A stretch of DNA of 32,000 nt from Edaphobacter aggregans (GTDB lineage: Bacteria > Acidobacteriota > Terriglobia > Terriglobales > Acidobacteriaceae), in assembly GCF_003945235.1 (NCBI RefSeq), contig NZ_RSDW01000001.1, positions 5,730,001-5,762,000 of the forward strand, written 5' to 3'. The position numbers were made by a program, and so were the translations under genes. The stretch's first letter is position 1; each line of letters opens with the position of its first letter. Positions 1 through 8,919 of the stretch are shown in pieces. The notes beneath the pieces were generated by a model. The model did no database searches. It was not told the DNA's origin and saw only the letters and a program-made list of their open reading frames with translations.

Positions 1-899
1 ATCGTATTGTCGGCAAGTTTCTCTTCTTCAAGAATCTTCCGGACGCGACCGACTGAGGAATCAATGGACTCGACGCAACCGTAGTAATCGGGCAGTTGCG
101 CCTGCCAGAAGCCCGGCTGCGCACGGAGATCGTCGGGCACTGAGACGTTGAGGAAACGCTGTGCTGCGCCTTTCGGTGCAATAGGCTGGTGCAGGTCATT
201 CTGCTGATGGGGCTCAAGCTGCGAAATGAACAGGAAGAAAGGCTTCTCCTGTTTCTGGCGAAGGAATCGCTCGGCGCGGTCGGTGAGGAAGTCAACGCGA
301 TATTCATCCTTGAAGGTGATGGGTTGATCGTCGCGGTCCCAGATGGTGCCTTCGTACGGGTGCGATGTATTTTCGATGCCGTTGGCGCCTTCCCAAAGAT
401 CGAGAAAGCCTCCGCGGTCTTCTGCCTTCACGGCGCCGGGTCCACCGCCGGTGGACTTGTTGCCGTTGGCGAGATGCCACTTGCCAATGTAGTTGGTTGT
501 GTAGCCGGCTTTGCGCAGCTCTCCCGCCAGTGTGGGCAGCGACTTGTCGAGTTCGAGGCCGTTGTGCCAGACGCCTGTCTCTGTCGCATAGCGGCTGGTG
601 AAGAGTACTGAGCGCGCAGGAGCACAGACGGGTTGGTTTGTAACGGTCTGGGTGAAGTTCTTGCCACGCGAAGCAAGAGCATCCAGGTTGGGTGTGTGGG
701 TTGAACTGTTGCGGCCATTTGCGCCGACGAAGTCCCAGCGGAACTGATCAGACAGGTAGACGATGATGTTTGGTGGAGTCACTGGTTTGGCTATAGTGCT
801 CTTCTTTTGTGCCTCGACGACGGTTGGTGCTACTGCTGCGACTCCGGCCGCTACGGTGCTCTTCAGAAAAGATCTGCGACTGTTTGAACTATCGGACAT
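1..899 (-). CDS. Cys-type sulfatase (arylsulfatase family), N-terminal part; C-terminus lies beyond the left edge
   Basis: The frame is open to the window edge, so it is absent from the ORF track. My translation from ATG (complement of 897-899) gives MSDSSNSRRSFLKSTVAAGVAAVAPTVVEAQ (twin-arginine signal), PNIIVYLSDQFRWD, the sulfatase signature PVCAPARSVLFTSRY, and YIGKWHL. TAGGAG (receptor stop plus Shine-Dalgarno) ends 7 nt upstream of the ATG. The gene starts 10 nt after the receptor gene. Confidence 0.85.
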   Translation of the reverse strand, partial: MSDSSNSRRSFLKSTVAAGVAAVAPTVVEAQKKSTIAKPVTPPNIIVYLSDQFRWDFVGANGRNSSTHTPNLDALASRGKNFTQTVTNQPVCAPARSVLFTSRYATETGVWHNGLELDKSLPTLAGELRKAGYTTNYIGKWHLANGNKSTGGGPGAVKAEDRGGFLDLWEGANGIENTSHPYEGTIWDRDDQPITFKDEYRVDFLTDRAERFLRQKQEKPFFLFISQLEPHQQNDLHQPIAPKGAAQRFLNVSVPDDLRAQPGFWQAQLPDYYGCVESIDSSVGRVRKILEEEKLADNT

Positions 900-909
900 G
901 AAATGGCTC

Positions 910-3900
910 CTACCAATTAAGTTTCGCAGCGAACTGCAGTTGTCGTGAGTTGTCGCGCGTGCTGGTGATCCCTGCGAACGTGGAGGGAGACGTAAATGTC
1001 AGGTTCCCAGGAGCGGAGAAGTTTGCTGTGTTCGTGACGTTAAACGCCTCTGTTCGGATCTCAAGCCTCGTTCCTTCCGTGATGGGGAACTGACGGAAGA
1101 GGGAGGCGTCGAGTCTGCGATATGCGGGCCCGGTGACCTGCGTGGGCGATCCGCCAAGCGCGGCTATGCCCGTTGCGCCGGGTGCGGGGTTCGTGAAGGC
1201 TGCAGGATTCAGAAATTGCGTTGCGTTGTGAGAGCCGGAGTATGGATTCTGGCCGATGACTCTGAGCGCGTTGCAACCGAGACCCGCTGTAGTGGTGGTT
1301 GTGCAAGCAACTGTGAAGGGCTGACCTTCCTGTACTGTAGCGATGCCCTGGAGTGACCAGCCTCCGGCTAGATGCGATGCAACGCCGTGCGTCAGAAATG
1401 CCTGGCCGCGACCTAACGGCAGAGCATACGTTCCGCTTGCGTGGAAGATGTGGCGGACATCGGTATCGCAGAGGGCGTAGTCCGCGCCGATTCCTACGCC
1501 AGCAACGTACGGAGCACGATAACCACCGATGTTGTTGTCGAGAAGATCGCGTGCATTACCAAGGCACTTGGAGTAGGTGTAATTCGCATTGATGGTCAGG
1601 TCGTGCTGCCAGCGACGTGTGATGTCCACCTGCAAGCCGTTGTAATTGGTGATGGCCGATGGCGTAATAAACGCTCCGCCACGCGCAAAGTCGGGAAAGA
1701 AGCTGTTTGTCTGCGCATTTGACGTGGATGGCAGAATGGCGTTCAAGGTGTTGGCACCAAGATTGCTTTGTAGGTGTCGTGAAACTGAACCCGCGTACGC
1801 AAGCTTCAGTACAATCGTTGCGCTCAGTTGATATTGTACTTGTGCGTTGTAGCTTTGGGTGTACGCACTCTTCCAGTTATAGGCGCGGCCCAGAAGACTA
1901 ATGTTGGTCAGGTTAGCGTTTGTGGCGCTGAGTGGGACGTTGATAAGGCCGTTGCTGAGCGTGCCGACGGAGTTGTTCGGAGTGAGAGGAGTAACTGCGT
2001 TTGCAGCCGAATAACTCGTCGCGATGTTGAAGGGAAAGTTGGCAGCAGGCATATTGCTGAGGCCGTAGTTCTCGTAGCCGCCATAGAACAGGCCAAAACC
2101 GGCATGCAGAACAAGTCGCGGGCTGACTTGGTAGACGATTCCGAAACGCGGAGCAAAATTCTTGTGCTGAGCCTCGCCCAGTCCTGCGTTCGTTGTCGGT
2201 ACGAAAGCGATGTTGTCTTTCGCAAGCAGATTCAGAAATGCTTGTGGCACATTCGACGCCTGCGAAGTGGGGATCAAGAACTGGGCGCCTACTCGCGGGT
2301 CGCTTGGGCCGGGAAGGAAGTTTGCTTGACGGTCGCTTCCTTCGCTAGGAACGCTGTAGTACTCCCAGCGCAAACCGAGATTGAGAGTTAGACGCTCTGT
2401 TGCGCGCCAGTCGTCTTGGACGTAGGTGCCGAAGTATGTTCGACGCAGGTTGCTTATGGGCGGGAAGCTGGATGCACTGACGCTGTTTGCGCCGCCGACG
2501 TTGTTGATGCCGCCAGCGATGATTGAAGACGTAGGGTTCAGCAAGAACTGGGCGCGATCGGTGGAACCATCGGTCTGACCGAACACTGACGTGTAGATCC
2601 CGCTGAAGACAAAGGAGCCGCGTGCTGAGGACGGCGTTGAAGTAGGGTAGGAGAGGTTCTGCCACAGCACACCAGCGCGCACCGAGTGACGCCCGTATGA
2701 ACTACTGACATTGTCGGAGACCTGAACAACATCACTCGCTTTGTTGCTTGGTAGCGATCCCGACTGTCCGAGGTTCGATAGCGAGCCAAAGGTGAGAGTT
2801 GGAAGCCCTCCGTTACCGGCGAACTGTGGAATGCCTCCGATACCGTATTGTTCGGGGATGTCGAGTTGATTCGCGAATGGCTGACGCCGTATGTCGACGA
2901 CGCGGCTGTAGCCAAGGCGCGCTTCGTTGACCCACCGCGGACCGAAGATATGTGTCCAACTCACAGCGACGTTTTGCGCCTGCGTAGCCCCGGTGCCGGG
3001 ACGACTTGACTGCCCATCGGCGATGCCCTGAAACGGGCCGGGATTCACCTGGTCTGTGTCGAGGTAGCTGTAACGCGCGAAGGCCGAGTCGCGGTCGGTG
3101 AAATGTTGATCGACACGCAGATCGAGACCATCGCTATTGTTGCTCTGTTGCGGAAAAGACGTGAAGTTGTTCGTCACGCCGCCAGCGGTGGGCGAAGGGT
3201 ATAGATTCAGCAATGCGATTGCATTCGAATTTAGACGGGCTGCGGGTAACTGGTTAAGAAGCGCCACTTGCGCTGCGCTCCTGAAGTTCGTCTGGTTGAA
3301 CAAAGCGCCTGCATAGAACGGATCACGCACGTAGCTCGTGCCAGTCGCCTTGAGGCCCGTGACCGAGTCAGGCGTCCCCGAAACGGTCGCGCGGCTTGTG
3401 GCAGGATCGAAGACGGTTCCCACAGGAAAGACGCGTCCGAGAACGTCGGTCTTGGTTCCACTTTGTAACGTGATCAGGTCGCCAAGATTGGTGAATCCGG
3501 ATGCTCTCTCGGTGGCTGTCGGCACGGTCGATAACTTGCTCGCTCCCTGTGCGATGCGGGTCCCTTGGTAGTCGAAAAAGAAGAAGCTTTTGTTGCGGCC
3601 ATCGTACAGTTTGGGGATGATCACAGGTCCACCAACGGCGAACCCGAATTGATTCTGCCGGAAGGAGGGCTTCTTTGCGGCGGTGGCAAAGTAGTTCCGT
3701 GCGTCCAGGACATCGTTACGAAGAAACTCCCATACGCTGCCATGGAATTGATTATTTCCGGATTTGGTTGAGACGTTGAGCACGGCTCCGGCTGAATGAC
3801 CAAACTCTGCAGAGTAGTTCGTAGTTTGCACGACAAACTCCTGCAGCGCGTCGGGCGGCGGTAGAATCACGTACTGCGTCTGATTGACGTAGTCCATGAT

Positions 3901-4512
3901 GGCTGCGTTGTTGTCGATACCGTCGAGAAGATAGTCGTTCTGACCACGCCGCGATCCATTGGCGCTGAATGATCCGCTTGCCGCGAGACCACGCGAATCT
4001 GCCTGAGCGATAGTGACTCCGGCGGCGGTCTGTGCGAGGAAAGCCACATTGCGGCCGTTCAAGGGAAGGTCAATGATGCTGCGCTGACTGACCAAATGTT
4101 GCAGGGCGGAACTCTGCGTTTCCAGCAATGGGGCGGCAGCAGCGACTTCTACTGTCTGGCTCACCGCGCCTACATGTAGCGCAATATCTTCGCGTATCGA
4201 AGATTGTGCCGTGATCGAGATGCCCGTTTGGAGGAAACAATCGAACCCTTCGCGCTCGACCGCGAGGGAATAAGTGCCAATTGCCAGTGGGGAGAAGGTG
4301 AAGCTGCCATCACTCCCGGACTCTGTGATGCGCTCGATTCCAGTGGCTTCTTGTCGGAGGTGTACAGTGGCCTTCGCCAGCCTTTGCTGCTGCGAATCCG
4401 AAACCGTACCGACAATGGAACCGCTATCAACTTGAGCAAGCAGAGGCAGGCCTGGAGAGATTAGCAGTAGGGAAAGGAAAAGAAATTTACGCAAAGACAC
4501 AAAAGCCTCCAA
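910..4512 (-). CDS. TonB-dependent outer-membrane receptor with N-terminal carboxypeptidase-regulatory-like domain
   Basis: Uninterrupted 1200-aa ORF. Signal peptide MEAFVSLRKFLFLSLLLISPGLPLLAQ. CarboxypepD_reg-like segment GSIVGTVSDS...GTYSLAVEREGF. Plug-like motifs LNGRNVAFLAQTAAGV and GSRRGQNDYLLDGIDNN. Barrel motifs TNYNGLQVDITRRW..NYTYSKCLGN. C-terminus RQLQFAAKLNW ends in an aromatic residue. Confidence 0.9.
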   Translation of the reverse strand: MEAFVSLRKFLFLSLLLISPGLPLLAQVDSGSIVGTVSDSQQQRLAKATVHLRQEATGIERITESGSDGSFTFSPLAIGTYSLAVEREGFDCFLQTGISITAQSSIREDIALHVGAVSQTVEVAAAAPLLETQSSALQHLVSQRSIIDLPLNGRNVAFLAQTAAGVTIAQADSRGLAASGSFSANGSRRGQNDYLLDGIDNNAAIMDYVNQTQYVILPPPDALQEFVVQTTNYSAEFGHSAGAVLNVSTKSGNNQFHGSVWEFLRNDVLDARNYFATAAKKPSFRQNQFGFAVGGPVIIPKLYDGRNKSFFFFDYQGTRIAQGASKLSTVPTATERASGFTNLGDLITLQSGTKTDVLGRVFPVGTVFDPATSRATVSGTPDSVTGLKATGTSYVRDPFYAGALFNQTNFRSAAQVALLNQLPAARLNSNAIALLNLYPSPTAGGVTNNFTSFPQQSNNSDGLDLRVDQHFTDRDSAFARYSYLDTDQVNPGPFQGIADGQSSRPGTGATQAQNVAVSWTHIFGPRWVNEARLGYSRVVDIRRQPFANQLDIPEQYGIGGIPQFAGNGGLPTLTFGSLSNLGQSGSLPSNKASDVVQVSDNVSSSYGRHSVRAGVLWQNLSYPTSTPSSARGSFVFSGIYTSVFGQTDGSTDRAQFLLNPTSSIIAGGINNVGGANSVSASSFPPISNLRRTYFGTYVQDDWRATERLTLNLGLRWEYYSVPSEGSDRQANFLPGPSDPRVGAQFLIPTSQASNVPQAFLNLLAKDNIAFVPTTNAGLGEAQHKNFAPRFGIVYQVSPRLVLHAGFGLFYGGYENYGLSNMPAANFPFNIATSYSAANAVTPLTPNNSVGTLSNGLINVPLSATNANLTNISLLGRAYNWKSAYTQSYNAQVQYQLSATIVLKLAYAGSVSRHLQSNLGANTLNAILPSTSNAQTNSFFPDFARGGAFITPSAITNYNGLQVDITRRWQHDLTINANYTYSKCLGNARDLLDNNIGGYRAPYVAGVGIGADYALCDTDVRHIFHASGTYALPLGRGQAFLTHGVASHLAGGWSLQGIATVQEGQPFTVACTTTTTAGLGCNALRVIGQNPYSGSHNATQFLNPAAFTNPAPGATGIAALGGSPTQVTGPAYRRLDASLFRQFPITEGTRLEIRTEAFNVTNTANFSAPGNLTFTSPSTFAGITSTRDNSRQLQFAAKLNW

Positions 4513-4867
4513 AAGGAAGTAAGGAAAAGATGCGCTTGTCCTGCACGGAGAAATACACGTGCTGGTACAGCTATCCTTCGAAATTATGTTTTAGAAAGAG
4601 AGACTCAGACTTAGAGGCAACAGAAACAACAACAACCGGTGCTGGGAGCATCCGGCCGGAGGCTAAAGAGAGCCTTCACGAATTGTCGATCCTGATTGAT
4701 CATTTTTACTTGTGACTTCGGCAAGCATATGACGGATGCTTTTCAGTGTCAACTTCTGCGTCGCTGCGCGCCCCTGATAAATTGGCGCGACGCATTGTGT
4801 AAACTCAAGTCACGTGTCATTCACAGTAGACGTAAAGAACGCCAAAGAGCGCTTTGCTGAAATCCCT

Positions 4868-5097
4868 CTACATCAGTGCCAGAAACAGCGCCGTGTTGGC
4901 GATCTCTTCCGCCTTTCCGCCCCGGCGCAGCAATGTCGCGAAATCGCTGAGTCCTACAACATCAGCCCATCGGGTGGGCAGACCCAGAAACCCATGGACG
5001 CGCCGTCGCCCTCTTCAAACCTCTCTCTACCGCGGTTATACCAATCGCCCACTGAAGCTACTGGGCCCGGCGCAGCCGCGAAGGCCGCCACCAAGGG
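4868..5097 (-). pseudogene. Possible C-terminal fragment of a short-chain dehydrogenase/reductase (no N-terminus, one frame change)
   Basis: My minus-strand translation gives ..AAFAAAPGPVASVGDW.. and then, in another frame, ..LLRRGGKAEEIANTALFLALM*. These resemble the SDR C-terminal pattern NAxAPGPV...GRxGxPEEIANxxLFLA. There is no start codon and no Rossmann part. It lies directly after the GH115 stop. Confidence 0.3.
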
Positions 5098-8000
5098 TCA
5101 TTTGTGGCTGGCTTTGGCTTGTGACAAGCTCAACGGTTTGTTGTAGCTTTCAGGAGGTCCGAGGTAGGACGGCTTAAGTCCGCCGAGGTCGATAAAAATC
5201 TTCTGCAGGGTGATGCCGGGATCGACCATCCATAACTTGAGCGTGTGGTACCCGGAGGTGGGGATCAGGACTTTGGTCGACACAATGCGCGCCTCGTCCT
5301 TCACGTTCTTCTGCCACTCGTTGCCGTCCCGCGGCGAGGAACCGGCAACAATGGTCGTCGCTACACCCGTCACCATTACAGGCGCCTGATCGTCAATGGA
5401 GACGGCAAAGCGCAGATCGCGACCCGGGATGAACGCAAGATTGGGGGCGAGGACGTTGTAGACCGTCGCCTCCCCGGAGGTGAAGAAGTAGGTCTTGTAC
5501 TCCAGGCGGGGCGATCCTCGGGGAGGCGCCAGGGGTCCAAAATCTACCGGACCCTGCCCGCGCATGGCAGAGAGTGTGCGGCCGTAGTCCTCGACCCTGA
5601 TCCACTTCAGGTCGCCGACCTCGGTCTTGCTGGTGTAGTGCTCGGGCTCGATGGAAACGACGCCACCGTCTTCGACAAAGCCGGTAAGCGTGTCGCGGGT
5701 GACGTCGGCAGCGGAGATGGCGCTAACTTTGATGTTCACCGCTCTGTCGTCCTGCGCAATCTTGACACTGCCAGAGGCGGCGCCTTGCGGAACCCTGGAC
5801 CAGTCAATACTGACCCAGAGGCGTTCCTCCTTCGCGACAGAACCTCGAACGGCGGACAGGACGATCCATGGATCACTGGGCGTGGCGGTATATTGGACCG
5901 CACCGGCGCCGCGGTTGAACACGTCGATATAACGCCGCTGCCGGGCGATCGAGTTGAACCTGGGCAGGATGGGTTCCCCTTCGCCGCCCGGCCACGCGGC
6001 AGCTGAGTTCTCAACGGCGACGCCGAGTGCCGGGAGGCTCGTCTCAGGGACCGAGGTGAGGTGAATCTGTTCCATGCTGGGAGTTCGGGGTTCGGCCCAG
6101 CTGGTGTAGCCTATGTGGACGTCGTCCTGGAAGTGATCCCACTTGCCGCCGGCAAACTCCGTGTTGTAATGCTTCATCAGCGCGGCGTCGTTGGCATAGT
6201 CTCTGCGGGCGATATCGGCGAAGTCATTGGCACTGACGCGGCCCTGTCGGGCATAAAGCTCGTTCTTCGCGCCGGCGACGTACATTTCGTTGAGGTTGGC
6301 GCAGGCTTTGACGGGGAAGAGCACAAGTTCGTAGAAGGCGTCCTGCTGGTCCTTCGGCAAGAGTTTGGAGAGTGCTTCTGCCCTCAAGGCCAGCGCATTA
6401 TAGTCGTTGGCGACGGTCTCCGCCTCATTGTAGTTGGCTACGCTGTAGGTACTCGTTTCGAGACGCTCGGGCTTGCGCCGTCCGTTGAACTTCGTATAAA
6501 GGGTTATGATGTCGGCGATTTCGCCGGCGTGCTCGGGGCCGAACTCGCGCGTGGCCCACAGGCGCGTGTATTCGCGCATAGTGTCGTTGGTCCACCGGTT
6601 TGAATTCCAACCGAGGTTGAGAAAGTAATCGGTGGCAAATTCGATGTTCTTGAACTTGCCGACATTGACGATCCATATGCGATCGGCACCGTACTGTTTG
6701 GCCAGCGACATCTGGTCCCAGACACGGGGGATGGGGCTGGTGTTGACCCAGCGGTAATCGGTAGGTCCGCCGTGGTAGTCGAAGTGATAGTAGATACCGG
6801 CGCCCCCTGATCGTTTGCGTTCCTCGGCGGTGGGGAGGCGGCGAATGTTCCCATTGTTGTCTTCAGCCCACAGAAGGGTGATGTCGTCGGGAGCCTGCAG
6901 TCCCCCGGTCTCGTAGTAATTCTGGACTTCCTTGTAAAGGCTCCACATTTGGGGAACCTTGGTGACATCCGGATTGATGGTCTCGACGATAATCTTGCGC
7001 TGGGCAGGGATGATTTTATTGAGGAGATCGATGGCCTGGTCCGTGCCCTGGACCATGGCGGAGTCGTTCTCGCCGCGCAGACCCATGGTAATGATGCTTT
7101 CGTAATTCTTGTTCCGGATAAGGCCGTCTCGCCAGAACCGGTCGAGCACGTCAGAGTGTGTGGCGTAGTTCCATGGTCCTCCGGTCACCGACCGGGGCAG
7201 GCGATCCCATTCCTTCTGAGCGCGAAGCATGGGTTCCTGGTGGCTGGTGCCCATGACGATGCCATACATATCGGCGGTGGCTGCGTTCGCCGGGTCATCT
7301 TCATTGAATGCGTTGTTCCACATGGCGGGCCAAAGGTAATTCCCCTTGCATCGAAGCAGGAGTTCGAAGACGTGCGAATAAAATTCTTGACCGTAATTGG
7401 CAACACCGGCGGCCATGAGGGGCCCCTTGGCAGGGTCATTGTGCGGCGGGATATCACCGTATTTGGCGTGGATGTAGCCCGACAGGGATGGAGCTTCGTC
7501 GTTGAAAAAGATGCCGCGATATTTGACGGAAGGCTCGCCGACGGAGAACTTGCCGGCTTTGACGTGGAGCTCAGCATGTTTCTTGGCAGGCACATCGGCC
7601 CAGTAGTACCAGGGCGACTGGCCGGACTCTTCCGAGAGATCGTAGATACCGTAGATGGAGCCGCGTTTGTCGGAACCGCAAATGATCAGAGCCGAATCAA
7701 TCCCCGGCAGCGGCTTGCGGACCACCTCCGTGAAATATGATTCCCATTTGCCCCGGATAGCGGACACGTCGACTTTTCTCGCGGCGACTAACCGGTCGAT
7801 GATCTCGCTCTTGCCGAGGGTGCCGATGATGATGACGTTGCGCTCTGTAAACTTGGAGCCGGAGATGACTTTGGGCGTCTTGCCGGTGACGTCCTTGATG
7901 TCATTGGAGAGATCGTTGGCGGCTCGAAGGACACCCGGCCAATCCTTCGGATCAACGTAGATCGTCGCCGTTGTATTCGCGTTCACTATGGTGAAACTGC

Positions 8001-8139
8001 CGGGAGCCGCCGAGAATTGAACGTATTGTTCCTGACCCAGAGCCCATGCACGCTGCACGGCTAGAATGGAGGCGGATGCAGCGATTATGACAAAAGCGGC
8101 AACCCGTGCTGCGCGGATTGCAAGAAAAGACGGAAGCAT
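5098..8139 (-). CDS. Secreted glycoside hydrolase, GH115-like (alpha-(4-O-methyl)glucuronidase family)
   Basis: Uninterrupted 1013-aa ORF with a signal peptide (..AFVIIAASASILAVQRAWA). Motifs I associate with GH115: IICGSDKRGSIYGIYDLSEESGQSPWYYWADVP, KYRGIFFNDEAPSL, GTSHQEPM. The length and long C-terminal tail fit the family. The call is by eye, not by search. Confidence 0.75.
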   Translation of the reverse strand: MLPSFLAIRAARVAAFVIIAASASILAVQRAWALGQEQYVQFSAAPGSFTIVNANTTATIYVDPKDWPGVLRAANDLSNDIKDVTGKTPKVISGSKFTERNVIIIGTLGKSEIIDRLVAARKVDVSAIRGKWESYFTEVVRKPLPGIDSALIICGSDKRGSIYGIYDLSEESGQSPWYYWADVPAKKHAELHVKAGKFSVGEPSVKYRGIFFNDEAPSLSGYIHAKYGDIPPHNDPAKGPLMAAGVANYGQEFYSHVFELLLRCKGNYLWPAMWNNAFNEDDPANAATADMYGIVMGTSHQEPMLRAQKEWDRLPRSVTGGPWNYATHSDVLDRFWRDGLIRNKNYESIITMGLRGENDSAMVQGTDQAIDLLNKIIPAQRKIIVETINPDVTKVPQMWSLYKEVQNYYETGGLQAPDDITLLWAEDNNGNIRRLPTAEERKRSGGAGIYYHFDYHGGPTDYRWVNTSPIPRVWDQMSLAKQYGADRIWIVNVGKFKNIEFATDYFLNLGWNSNRWTNDTMREYTRLWATREFGPEHAGEIADIITLYTKFNGRRKPERLETSTYSVANYNEAETVANDYNALALRAEALSKLLPKDQQDAFYELVLFPVKACANLNEMYVAGAKNELYARQGRVSANDFADIARRDYANDAALMKHYNTEFAGGKWDHFQDDVHIGYTSWAEPRTPSMEQIHLTSVPETSLPALGVAVENSAAAWPGGEGEPILPRFNSIARQRRYIDVFNRGAGAVQYTATPSDPWIVLSAVRGSVAKEERLWVSIDWSRVPQGAASGSVKIAQDDRAVNIKVSAISAADVTRDTLTGFVEDGGVVSIEPEHYTSKTEVGDLKWIRVEDYGRTLSAMRGQGPVDFGPLAPPRGSPRLEYKTYFFTSGEATVYNVLAPNLAFIPGRDLRFAVSIDDQAPVMVTGVATTIVAGSSPRDGNEWQKNVKDEARIVSTKVLIPTSGYHTLKLWMVDPGITLQKIFIDLGGLKPSYLGPPESYNKPLSLSQAKASHK

Positions 8140-8238
8140 ATTTACCTTATAGATTAGCTTGTTTCACGCGGCGACGTGAAATGGCTCGAGCAATTGTTCC
8201 TCAACAGATCACTCTACCGTAATCTGCCCTCAGACCCA

Positions 8239-8466
8239 TCAACTGTCGATCCCAGCCCGGTCTTCGTAGGTCAATGCCAAGATCATTTCTTCGCCCACTA
8301 TCCACCCCTTGTACTCCAGCCTGTGAAGAGCGGGGTACAGCGACCACTGTCCAATCTGAAGCGCATCCTTCGATACCTGCTGAATTCGTTGTGCGATGCC
8401 CCACCCGTGCAAGTGTTCTCAATCAGTAAATTCAGCGTTTTCTGCAAAAAGATCGGTAGTTGGCAT
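8239..8466 (-). pseudogene. PadR-family transcriptional regulator remnant (frameshifted, internally deleted, truncated)
   Basis: My minus-strand translation gives MPTTDLF.., then LRTLARVG in a second frame, then IAQRIQQVSKDALQIGQWSLYPALHRLEYKGWIVGE in a third. Together they match the PadR winged-helix pattern LLILRTLA..HGYxIAQRI....GSLYPALHRLExxGWI. The segment between LAR and IAQRI is missing, and the C-terminal half is absent. Confidence 0.55.
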
Positions 8467-8919
8467 TCCTCCCCTCGTCATTCAACAAGAGAATGAATTA
8501 CGGACCTGTCGAATGTTAAGGGGTAAGGATTGTCTAACAGCACGTCCCGTTCATCGCACTTGGCTGACGGTGGCTATGTCGCTGCCGGAAAACGGGTTTT
8601 CGGAAACTTCACCCGAGTCCCAGCAAGAATTGATGAGTCTCGGTAGTCGGGTTTCTATGAGCAGGTCGTTTGTGTCAAGGGGGTTTTGCTTTGTCTTTTC
8701 CCTTAATAGCGTCTTTGCCTTTGCGTTGTTGGTGCAGGTTGCTGTTGCCTCTCCACCTTGTTTCTATTCGCACTTTGAATGAGCCGTTCGTGGCTCTGTG
8801 ACGGGATGGGGTCAGACGGAGAAGTCGATGCTGCCAGTTATCGGACGACCTTGTGAAGGTCCAAGCCGACACGCAGTCATCGGGACGCGGGGTGGCGACA
8901 GTTGAACATGGCTCAGACC

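Noticed and set aside
189-718. ORFs 189-611, 365-601 (plus) and 428-718 (minus, other frame) at the left edge
   Set aside because: The real gene here is the edge-truncated sulfatase on the minus strand (frame ending at ATG 899), which carries a clear sulfatase signature. The listed ORFs are shadows.
4757-4794. An 8-bp inverted repeat TGCGTCGC / GCGACGCA with a 22-nt spacer in the receptor upstream region
   Set aside because: It is short, has a long loop and no U-tract. It could be a weak terminator for GH115 or a binding site, but there is no supporting evidence.
5245-7740. Long plus-strand ORFs (5245-6006, 253 aa; 6061-6603; 6949-7740, 263 aa) antisense to GH115
   Set aside because: They lie entirely within a well-supported 1013-aa minus-strand gene. 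Their Arg/Gly/Val-rich, low-complexity translations are typical of shadow ORFs in GC-rich DNA, and they carry no recognisable motifs.
8396-8872. ORFs 8396-8782 (plus, 128 aa) and 8675-8872 (minus) in the region between the PadR remnant and the IS110 element
   Set aside because: They have no motifs and odd composition, and they overlap each other. The region is more likely the non-coding IS end or intergenic debris.
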